A stretch of DNA of 30,283 nt, from positions 1-30,283 of the forward strand of contig QPMI01000410.1 in assembly GCA_004431415.1 (NCBI GenBank). The letters are read 5' to 3'. The notes under the pieces are model-generated. The model ran no database searches. It was not told the origin of the DNA and worked only from the letters and a program-made list of their open reading frames with translations. Both the position numbers and the translations under genes were made by a program. This DNA comes from Cyanophora paradoxa CCMP329 (taxonomy: Eukaryota; Plantae; Glaucophyta). Shown one piece after another: positions 1 to 9,744 of this stretch (position 1 is its first letter; every line of letters starts with the position of its first letter).

Positions 1-95
1 GCCCAGTGCGTCGCCATCGTTCAGCCTCTAGTCGCCAAGTCGTTCGGTTCGAGTTCGTGCTCGAATTGAATGTCCCTGCGCTCCGGCAATCGCAG

Positions 96-2501
96 GGGGA
101 GATGTCGTGGCCGGCATTCGGACGCCGTTCCCCCTCACCGTGCGCCAGCGGGCCGAGTCGGGGGCGGAGCACGCGGGCCTGCCGACGCTGGAGGAGCGAT
201 GCCGGAGGTGTACGAGGCGCTGGTGAGGACGGGCAAGGCCCTCGAGGACACTTCGGCGACATGCAGGAACATCGAGTTCACCATCGACAGTGCGTTTTCG
301 CGCTTTGAATTCAGTATATTTTGCGCGAGGAAGTCGTTTTGATGATTGTTTCTCAAACATAAACGTAGCTGGGAAGCTCTTCCTCCTCCAGACGCGAACG
401 GGCAAGCGGACGGGCTTCGCGGCCGTGCGGATCGCGCGGAGATGCTGCGGGCGGGCTGACGACGGAGGCGGGCGCACTGAAGCAGATCCAGCCCGACCAG
501 CTCTCCCAGGTCCTTCTTGATTCCGTTTCGCGCAAATTTCGCGCCCACTCGCGCGCGCTCAGCTCCTTTCGCCCGTCTTTGACGCGAAAGCAAAGAAGGC
601 CGCGGCCGCGAAAAAGGCCGCGAAAGGCTTCAACGCCGGCCCCGGGTGCGTTGACGTGTCCGTTCGCCTCGCACATATCCATGCATTCGCGATCGCTGAA
701 CTCGGGCCGGGCGCAGGGCGGCGACGGGCGTGATCGCGCTGACGACGGAGAAGGCGCACGAGCTCGTCGCCGCGCAAGAAGGTCGTCCTCGTCCGCGAGG
801 AGACCTCCCCCAACGACTACCCGGTGCCCCGCCCACGTCGATTGCAATCGGGGCTGTATCCTTCAACTGAAAGTACATATGCGCAGGGGATGGTGGTCGC
901 CAGGGGATCCTGACGGCGCGCGGCGGCTGCACGAGCCACGCCGCCGTCGTCGCCCGCGGCATGGGCAAGCCCTGCGTCGTCGGCTGCTCGACGCTCTCGA
1001 TCGACGAGGCGCGCGGAGTCGTCACGGCGAGCGACACGGGCCTCGAGGCGCGCGAGGGGGACCCGATCGCCGTCGACGGCTTCACGGGCGAGGTTTCTTC
1101 TGCCACGTCGAGACATCCCTCCGAAGTGCGCTGCTGCATCAATATCGCGCGCGTGCACGCTGCGCAATTCTTGCGTGTCATTACGACGCTGACTTCGACA
1201 CTCTTGCCGCAGATTGTGCAGGTCCTCATTAACAAGACGCTCAAGCCGAGGAGTCTATGCTCTACCAGAACTACAAGGTGAACACGGTCGAAACATGTAT
1301 ATGATTCTCGCTCAAATTTCTGTCGACGGCACGTGCACTCGAGCTCGCGATCATACTCACGTATTTTCACAGCTGATTATGGACGCTGCGGACCGGGCGC
1401 GGCGGCTGCACGTGCGGACCAACGCCGACACGCCCGCGCGACGCCCCGTGCCCGCGCCTTCGGCGCCCAGGGCATCGCCTCGTCCGGTGCGCCATGCGGC
1501 GAACAACGTCAACGTTATTGCGTCTCCACTTCCCCAGAAATTAAATTTGAATTTGAGCAGGACGGAGCACATGTTCATGAGCCGCAGCGGCTCACGGACG
1601 TGCGGCGCATGTTCTTTTCGCGCGACAAGGCCGAGCGCCTCAGGGCCGTCGACACCCTCAAGGTCAAGAAGGAGGTGCGATCCTGAGCCTCCCGCTTGGG
1701 TTTGTAGCCCGATCGCGCGTGCACGTGCGCGTGGCAGGACTTCGTGGGGATCTTCAGGGCGATGGGGCCTCCCCTGCAACATCCGCCTGCTGGACCCGCC
1801 CCTGCACGAGTTCATCCCCAAGAGCGAGGAGGAGATCGCCGAGCTGGCGCCCAAGCTCGGCCTCGCCGTCCGCGAGCTGCGGGAGATGCGGGACGGGCTG
1901 GAGGAGAGCAACCCGATGCTGGGGCACCGCGGCTGCCGCCTCGGGATCGTGCACCCCGAGATCACCACCATGCAGGTCCAGGCCATCCTCGAGGCCGCCA
2001 TCGAGGTCCGCGCTGATCATGAGTCGAGACCCGTCTTCGAATTATGTTGCGTTCGTGACGCCTTTGAACGCCAGGTGTCCAAAGAGGGCGTGGAGGTGCA
2101 CCCGGAAATCATGGTGCGGCGCCTTTGGATCTTCCAACTCTCTCGCGAATTCGAACGACCGCTGACGCGGCTTCGAATTCGTGCGCGGCGGGAGGTGCCG
2201 CTGGTGTGCCTCTCGAAGGAGGGCTGGAGCACCAGGTCCTCCTCATCGACGCCACCGCCGCGGCCGTCTTCAAGGCTGCCGGCACCGCCAATCAAGTAAC
2301 CGTCGGCACGATGGTGCGAATAAACCAAAGCTTCGTGTTCTCAAGCGGCCACAAACACCGCCTCTGATTATATGCATAATTTCCCCCCGCAGATCGAGCA
2401 GCCGCGGGCGGCGCTGCTGGCGGGGAGATGGCTTCGCACGCCGCCTATTTCGATTTCGGCACCAACGACCTCACGCAGACCACCTTCGCATCTCCCGCGA
2501 C
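96..2501 (+). CDS. PPDK: Pyruvate phosphate dikinase, central exons (gene starts upstream of the window; multi-intron; interrupted at 2501 by the LTR element)
   Basis: Exons separated by GT-AG introns encode PPDK motifs in the correct order: GE(D)VVAGIRTP (96-), [51 protein letters not shown] (phospho-His codon 937-939), [62 protein letters not shown]. Several single-base indels fall within exons. Confidence 0.96.
2497..2501. repeat. Left TSD GCGAC of the LTR element
   Basis: GCGAC immediately precedes the left LTR and recurs at 23995-23999. Confidence 0.93.
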
Positions 2502-2784
2502 TGTCGCGTGCGAGATTAGTGTGTCTAATCGTGCGCGCGGGAAGCCCGTGCGGAGTGCAAGCTCGGCAGGGCGGGGTTTGGCGAGTGCTGCTGCTGTTAG
2601 CCACCGGGATGGTAGACTGAGGGTGTACCCGTCCAGCTACGGCGTACCCCGACACACGCATACAAGTGACCGCGGCGCTCTAACTAGCCTAGGCGCCGTC
2701 GATCTAGCAGCACGAAGGCTGCGCACATCATCTAGAACCCTAGCGGCTCACAAACGAGCATCCGCTATAATGTCGGATGCGACA
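2502..2784 (-). repeat. 3' LTR (283 bp)
   Basis: TGTCGCGTG...ATGCGACA, with terminal inverted repeat TGTCGC/GCGACA. Identical by eye to 23712-23994. Confidence 0.97.
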
Positions 2785-2796
2785 ACTCCTCCTCTC
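2785..2796 (-). promoter_or_regulatory. Polypurine tract (PPT)
   Basis: Minus-strand GAGAGGAGGAGT abuts the 3' LTR. Confidence 0.88.
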
Positions 2797-2914
2797 GGAT
2801 CCCGCGTCCGCGCGGGTCTACGCCCTAAGGCGAACAGAAAGAGGGCCGGGGAAGCCGGGAATTTGATCGAGCCTAAGCTCTCTATACAACGCGACCCGGC
2901 CGCTATATACAAAT

Positions 2915-3049
2915 GCTCGGAGCTACCGGCTACTGCCGGGAATCGAAAAAGGCTCCGAGCCACTCACGCTCGGCGTCACCGGCTACTGCCGGGAATCGAA
3001 AAGACGCCGAGCCCATCCATGTCCGGCAACTGCCGGGAATCGAAAAGAC
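2915..3049. repeat. Three tandem structured repeats (CCGGC-WACT-GCCGG-GAATCGAAAA inside an outer stem) in the element 3' UTR
   Basis: Units at 2915-2960, 2968-3012 and 3021-3049. Outer stems are GCTCGGAGC/GCTCCGAGC, GCTCGGCGTC/GACGCCGAGC and GTC/GAC. Confidence 0.85.
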
Positions 3050-4099
3050 TGTCGCCCGGCAGGTGCCGGCACGACTCCAGCGTGGAGCGCCCAGGGGGCA
3101 AGGTCCAACTTCGGGCCGGCGGCCCAGGAAACTCGCACGAGGCGAGCGGATCGGAAGGGAGGAAGCCGAGGAGGCCCTGTCCTCGCCGCGCAGCAAGTTA
3201 ACCGCAGAGGCGCACGCTGCAACAGCAATTGCAACGCGGGGCGTGACGCTCGCGGTAGCGCCCAGTAGCCCCAGCGCAATGCCCGTCCCAAAACGTAGGG
3301 CTAAGCAGCTCGTCTAGCGCCACTGCTCAGGCATGCGCCGCGCTCTCGCGGTCCGCCACGGCGTCGGATTAGGGGCTGAGAAGCCCACAACGGCGGTGGA
3401 GCTAGTAACTCCAGGGCAAGGCTAGACGCCGCCCACAAGGTGCCCTCGTCGCCATCGTACGGCGGGAGGTACCCTGCCCGACCCGTGCTCGCGCGTCATT
3501 AAGGGGACGCGGCCCTCCAGGCGGTCCACCACCGAGCGTCCCCGGTGTGGAGCCCTGTATGGGGGAATTGTGCATCCCCAGTCATCGTACCCGGGGCGGG
3601 ACCCGGCGTCACGACCGCCTGTGTGTACCCCCGTTGGTGCTCGGCGCACCCCGGTACCCCACCAGGTCTTGCATCTCAAGGAGGGGGAATGCTCATCCCC
3701 TGTCACTGGGCCCGGGGCAGAATCCGGCGCCTCAGCCGCCTTCCGACTCCTCTGCCGGCGCAAGTCGCGCCCGGAGCTCGGCCAGGTCTTCGTAGGGCCC
3801 TCCGCCCGTCACTGAGCCGAGCATAGCTCGAGGCAGTCAGCCGCCCGTTGGCTCTCCTTCCTAGCCCGGGACTTTAGTGATTGTGGCGGGCGCTAGGCCC
3901 TTCTCAGCTCAACCCTCCGCGGGCAGCTCATCACTCTCGCGCTGCGCAGTTGCAGGCGCGGCCGCTCTCTGTCCTCGCCCTCCTGTGGGGCCGGGACGCG
4001 GCTCGGAGCCAGCTCCTCATGCTGCTCCCGCCGGGGCCGCCGGCGCTGCGGCCGCGGCTCCCGGTGCACCCGCCGCCCGCGGCCGCCCTCGGGCCGGCC

Positions 4100-5400
4100 G
4101 CGCGGGCGCGTTCGCATCGCGCATGCGGAACGGGATCATGCAATCGATGTGCACGATCGTCTCGCGGGTGTCGCGGGCCTTCTGGCGGACAGCGCCCACG
4201 GCGCCGTAGGGCCGGGCCAGGCCACGCACGACGTACGTGTACCCGCCCGGGTGCACGTCCATGACGGTGAACGGGCCGACCCAGGAGTTAAACAACCCTT
4301 GTCACGGTCGCCCAGCCAGCACAGGACTTTGTCGCCCACTTCGAAGCGGCGACGGTCCGGCAGGTCACCCGTCCGGTGCACCATTTGGCGGCGGTACCAG
4401 CGGCGGTGCTCGCGGACCGCGTCATCGCGGCTCTTCGCGGCGCGCACTACGGTCGCGACGTAGTCGGCGTAGCTAAGGGTGTCGAGCATTTCGACCCCGA
4501 AGCGCACGTCCGCGGGCAGCGTGAGCTCGTGCCCCAGGTGCAGGAGCGCGGGCGAGTAGCCCGTGGCCGCGTGCACGGTCGTGCGGAGCGCCAGCTGCAC
4601 CTCGTGCACGTGCTGGTCCCACTCGTGCATCGGCTCGCGCTCGGCGCGGCACGCCGCGTGGAGCAGCGTCTTCACGACGCCTCCCAGCCGCTCTACCAGC
4701 CCATTCGTCGAATGGTGGTACGCCGCGGCGTAAATGAACGAGTCCCGAGCTTCCGGAAGTACTCGTTGAACGGGCCGCCCTTCAGGCTGGACCCGTTGTC
4801 ATGAGAGGCGCAGCGGCACGCCCTCATTCGAGACGAGTCTCGGCCCATCTCGAGCATGGACCAGCCGTCCAGGTCGCCTTTGGGTACAGCCGCGTGTACT
4901 TGTCCCACGCGTTCACCCAGGCGACCAAATAGCGGTTGCCGCGCGGCGTCGGGTCGAGGTGGAACACGTCACCTGCCACAAGTCATTCCGGCCTCGGCCT
5001 CGATGACTGCGATCGCAGTTCGCCGCGGCTTCACAGCCTTGGCGAACTGGCAGCAGGGGCAGCTCCGCACGTAGCGGGCTACGGCCGCGAGCATGCCCGG
5101 CCACCAGAACTCAGCAGGATCCGGCGGGCGACGATCGAGGCGCCGCGGTGGCCCACCCATCGTGGTACGCGTACAGGACGCGGTCCTGCAGGACTCAGGC
5201 AGGACGGGCACGAAGCGGCCGTGAGGCGCGACGGGCGCGGACAAGCACGCCGTCGGTGTCCACGTCGAATTTCCAGCGAATCCGACGAAGGCCGCCTTGG
5301 CCTGACTGCAGAGGTAGCAGTCGCCCGTGTGCAAGAGGCGCGCGTGCAGCGGGCCTCGTTCACGCCATTCTCTAGCCAGGAGAACAGCTTGCGCACAGCG
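4100..5400 (-). CDS. Integrase (HHCC zinc finger, DDE core, GPF/Y module), frameshifted
   Basis: YAYHDG...EFWWPGMLAAVARYVRSCPCCQFAK; GNRYL; SHDNGSSLKG; YHHSTNGLVER; WDQHVHEVQLALRTTVHAATGYSPALLHLG; FEVGDKVL; WVGPFTV; VHIDCMIPF. Confidence 0.93.
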
Positions 5401-6744
5401 GGTCCGCCTTCTGCGCGGCGAGCAGCCTGACTCGCCGGGCAGGGAACATGTGCCGCAGGGTCTCGGGCAGGGCCGTCGAGGGAAGGCGCGGAAGCGCAAT
5501 CCCAAGTGTCCTGGACCAGCTCGAGCAAGCGCGGCTTGCGGCGGTCTCGGACCTCGCCCAGCTCAGGGCGGGGCGATAGCGTGACGAGAGGACTCTCGCT
5601 CGAGGCCTGCGGCGGGCGCCACTCGAGCCGGCGTCGCGCTTGAGGGCGCCTCGGAGGCGGCCGGCGGCTCAGAGGAGCGGCCGTCGCGCGGCGTCGACGC
5701 GGCCGGAGGACGACGCCGCGGGCGCGCCCTCGGGCCCTCATCAGGGTCGTCCTGGTGAGGGTACAGCGGCGGGCCGCAGCGCCAGTGGCGCGGGTTGTCC
5801 GCTTGCGGGGCGTCTTGCCGGGCGCGGGGCCTCAGGCGGTCGCAGGTTCGCGCGGCAGGGGCGCGACGGCCCTCGTAGCGCGCGGCCCTAGAGGAACCGA
5901 CGACGTACGTGCTCGAGGAGGGCACGGGGAACCGTCCTCGTCGAGCTCGGGCTCCTGCGCTGGCGCGGGCCTCAGGCTCGGCACAGGCGGCGCAGCCTCG
6001 CCATCGGAGCCCAGCTCCATCGGGTCGGACTCGGGCGCCGCGGCGGGCTCGGAGAGCGCGGGCCGGGGGCAGGCCTTGGCGACGGCGAGGCGGTGCCACT
6101 CGTCACCCTTGGCGCACCTCAGCCAGGTGGTGGGCTTCTGGCCGCGCCGAGTGGCGGACCGGCCTGCGGCAGCGCGCGCGCGGGCAGGGGCGCTTCCTGC
6201 CCCGCGGCAGGAGCTCGGGGCTCGGGCGGCGCCGGGCCCCGCGGGCTCAGTCTCGGCGCGCGCCGACGCGGCTCGGGGCGCGCGCGCGGGCAGGGGACGG
6301 GTCGTCGTCAGAGCCCTCCGGAAAGCCTCAGGCGGCGCGCCGCGTCCGACGCGGACGCGGCCCCTGGGCGGGCTGACGTCCCGCCTTGCGGCGGGAGCGC
6401 CCTCGAAGCGAGTGGCGCCGGAGGCGGCCTGTCGCCGCGCGACGAGGATCTCCGCCCGGCTGGGCGGAGCCGCGGCGCCGCGGCCTCGGCGGGCTCGGCG
6501 CTGACGCGGCCGGCGGCGCGGCCTCGGCCGGCTCGTCGGCGAGCTCGGTCAGGCGGGGGCCGGCGGGCCTCCACCGCTACCCGGGCCTCGCAGCGCCTTC
6601 GGCGGCGTGAGCGACTGCAAACAGCGGCAGAGGCTCGTCAAGGTCGCCGGGCTGGGGCACGCCGTGCCCCGTGCGCGGCCAGCGCGTCGGGCGCGGCCGA
6701 ACTGCCGTCGGCGCCGCCGGGCGCGAGAACCGGGTGGTTCAGTG

Positions 6745-7130
6745 GGGGCCGCGAGCAGGCGTCGGGCCCTCCGTTGTTGCGCCCCGCGCGGTACTTACGA
6801 CAAAGTCGTGGACTGCAGGAGGAGGGACCAGCGTCCAGCCTTCCGGAGGTCGCCTCGCGCGAGCGCAACACTGGAGCGCCTGGTGGTCCGTCCGGCCAGG
6901 ACTGGGGCCCTCCAGGAGGAAGTGCCGCCAGTACTTTATTGCCCATACAACCGCTAGCACTCGAGCTCGGTGGCGGTGTAATTCCGCTCAAGCGGGCGCC
7001 AGCGTCGACTGATGAACGCGATGGGCCGCTCACGGCGGGCGAGCCGCCATCGGATTGCGACAGGATCGCGCGATGGCGTACGTCGACGCGTCGGTCGACA
7101 GATGAAGGGCGCTCGAAATCCGGGTACCCA
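6745..7130 (-). CDS. Retrotransposon RNase H, frameshifted
   Basis: PFIC.TDAS; ERPIAFISRR; ERNYTATELEC/LAVVWAIKYWRHFL; RTDHQALQ; KYRAGRNNGGPDA. Confidence 0.92.
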
Positions 7131-8110
7131 AGTACCAGATCCTCGGCAGGGCGCCTTCAGCGCCTCGAAGGCGGCTTGGTGGACTCGGTCCATTGCCACG
7201 CGGCGTCCCGAAGCAGCAGGCGCTCAGCGGGTGGTGACACGGGCGAACCCGTTCACGAAACGCCGGTAGTACCCACCAAGCCCAGGAACGACCTCAATTG
7301 GTCAGCGTTCGCAGGCGGCGGTACTGGCGAATGAACGCCAGCTTCGCGGGTCCTGGCGATCCCTTCGGCCGAGACGAGGTGCCCGAGCAAGGCCACCTCC
7401 GCCACCCGAAGCGCACTTGGAGGGCTTCAGGCGCAAGTTCGCCGGCATGATAGCGCGGAACAGGCCTCGAGGTCCAGCAGTGCTGGGGCCGCTTGGCGAG
7501 AACACCGTGATATCGCGATATACGCGGTGACGCAAGTCGTGAGCAGGGGCCGAGGATGGCCGTCACGGCGCGCGAGAAGGCGGCCGGCCCGTTTGGTCAC
7601 GCCGAACGGGTCACGCGCCACTCGTAGTGGCCCCAGGGCACTACGAAGGCGTGTACTGCCGGGACGCGGGGTCCAGCGGCAGCTGCCAGAATCCCGCCGT
7701 CGCGTCGACGGTCGAGAAGATCATGGACCCCCGCAGGCGGTCCAGCTGATCGTCAATCCGTGGCAGGGAAGACGTCGCGCTCGGTGATCGCATTTAAGCG
7801 TCGGTAATCGACGCAGAACCGCCAGGTGCCGTCCTTCTTAGGAGCGAGCACGACCGCGAGCCATAGGCGGCTTGCGAGGGCTGGATCAGGCCCAGCTCAA
7901 GAGCGCTTTATTTCGTCACGGGCGAAGGCCTCGGCGTGCGGGCTTACACGCCGCGGGGCGTGAAGACGGGCAGCCGTGAGGTCAATCGGATCACGTGCTC
8001 GTAATGGAGGAGATTGGCCGTGCCCTCAGTGGCCGTGACCGAGTCGGCGAACGCGCACGAGTAGCGCTTCAGCAGAGCCTCTAGCTCGGCGCGTTCCGTA
8101 GCGCTCATCG
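7130..8110 (-). CDS. Reverse transcriptase (Ty3/Gypsy type), frameshifted
   Basis: Read manually on the minus strand: LEALLKRY; [21 protein letters not shown] (7797-7856); PRIDDQLD; [15 protein letters not shown]; PFGVT; TAYI(D)DITVFS (~7500-7528, one base missing); NLRLKPSKC; LLGHLVS; [15 protein letters not shown]. Confidence 0.94.
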
Positions 8111-8984
8111 CCGGATGCGAGCCGCATTCCGGGATCTTCGCGCGTGCACGGTTCCACTCCTCCTCTTCGGAAGACGACGTCCCGTCGCTTCCGGCGGTGC
8201 CGCGGGCGCCACGTGGGAGGGCCAGGCGCGGGGCCGGAGGGCGGCTCGCAGCGGCGCTTGCCTTGTCCTTGCCGCGCGCGGCGGAGGACTCGGCTACGGA
8301 GGGCGCGGGCGCTTCCGTTGTCCGGACAGAGCAGCCAGGGCCTTCCAGCGGTGCTGGCGCCGGTGCAGGCGGGCGAGTGGCCCGCTCGGCGAGGCGCCGG
8401 CGGCTCAGCTGCCTCGGCAGCGAGATTTATTTGATTCCCGGAGGGATTGGTGGGACTGCGTTAGCCCCTGGCGTGCAGGCGAGCCGCGTGGGCGCGGCGG
8501 CGTGCGGCGCGTTCAGCGCGGCGGGCGGGCCTGGTGCGCTCGCGCTCCTCTGGCGAGTCCAGCCAAGGTACCCGTCTCGCGCTCGCGCTCAGAGTCGGTG
8601 TCCGAGGACACGGGCTCGTCACAAAGCGCGAGGCCCTCCATTGTGACAATGGGACGTCTTCGCCCTCACCGCCGTCGTCGCGCAGCATGCGGACGAACAA
8701 GGGAGGCGCGCTCGCGCAGGCTCCTGCTCGGTGGCTACAGTCGCTTCGGACTGCCGGGCGGCGGTGCCGCGAAATAGGCCCTGGAGCAGGGTGCTGGGCG
8801 GCGTGGTGCCTCAGCTGCCGTGTAAGCCGCAGCCGTTCGATTGGCTCGGCGGCGCATCGCGCGGAAGCCTTGCCCTCGCTTAGGGTAGAAGGCTCGCAGC
8901 GTGCGAATGAAAGAGTCGGCGACGGTGCGCGCGACGCGTCGTCGGGCGGCGGGTCGAACCCAAAGTCGCCGGGCGGCAGGTTAT

Positions 8985-9290
8985 TAGCCTCGCCACCGCT
9001 ACAATGGCCCCGGCGGGAAGCAGGACGGGCTCATTGGCGGGATTTACTAGTCGCACGTGCAGGCTGCCGCCCTCGGCAGGCCGGCGGTGCAACTGGTGGG
9101 GCGCGAGTACCCGAGCGCTGACAGGGAGTCAGGCGCCGGCCCGACGGCGAGCGTCGGGGCCTGGTCCGCTGGCGGCGCAGGGCCGTCCAACACGCAGCGG
9201 ACCATCCACTCGCGGGCGTCCTTTAGGACGACGGGGCGGAGCACCGGACAAGGAGAGGCCCTTTGATTGTCCGGGCACAGAAAAGGGATC
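8985..9290 (-). CDS. Degenerate dUTPase-like beta-rich segment between PR and RT
   Basis: PVVLKDAREWMVRCVL...GGSLHVRLVNPANEPVLLPAGAIVAVA resembles the VxxxNxxxxxxxLxxGxxVA segment found after the protease in many Gypsy pol proteins. Confidence 0.5.
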
Positions 9291-9329
9291 ACGTGGGGGC
9301 GGAAGTGCGCGTCGCGCGCGTGCAGGCAC

Positions 9330-9720
9330 CAGCCCGAGCTGGTGGTGTCAATCCGCCCTCGATCCTCATGATCGTGCCGATGCCCAGGAGCATGTCGGCG
9401 TTCGGGCCAAGCGAGCCGTCAGGGACGACGTACACCGCTCGCGAGACGTACACGTCGCCGAAGCGCAGCACGACATGAGCAATCTCAGCCGTGATCGTGG
9501 CGTGGTGAAGGAAGGCCCGGAGGACCTTCACACCCGTGTAGCGCGTGCCGGCGGCATGTGCTTTTTCTCGCCAACGTCTCCCATTGCGCCAGTGTCAAAA
9601 ATGAATTTGACGCGCGTGCTCTCGCCGAGCGTGCCGTCGGCATGCAAGGCATAGACGAAGCCCGGGCACTGCAGGAGCAGGCGCCGGAAATCGTGCGGGA
9701 GACCGTTGATCCCGTCGATA
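9330..9720 (-). CDS. Retroviral-type aspartic protease, frameshifted
   Basis: RVKFIFDTGA (DTG at 9596-9588) and downstream VYVVPDG...ADMLLGIG. Confidence 0.88.
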
Positions 9721-9744
9721 ACCTTCGCGATCGGGACCGGGCGT

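Noticed and set aside
2915-3049. Hammerhead ribozyme or Pol III B-box array
   Set aside because: No CUGANGA core accompanies the GAAA. TTTCGATTCC lacks the conserved G of the B-box (GTTCRA), and no A-box is evident.
2428-3201. 257-aa ORF starting in PPDK
   Set aside because: It is a chimeric read-through from a PPDK exon into the LTR and 3' UTR, not an independent gene.
3555-3600. SECIS element on the minus strand (ATGA-N12-AA)
   Set aside because: The stem closes immediately after AA and there is no correctly placed 3' GA for the kink-turn quartet. I also found no convincing in-frame Sec UGA in gag-pol.
2797-4100. env-like gene or integrase chromodomain
   Set aside because: There is no ORF with signal or transmembrane segments and no chromodomain aromatic motif after the GPF module.
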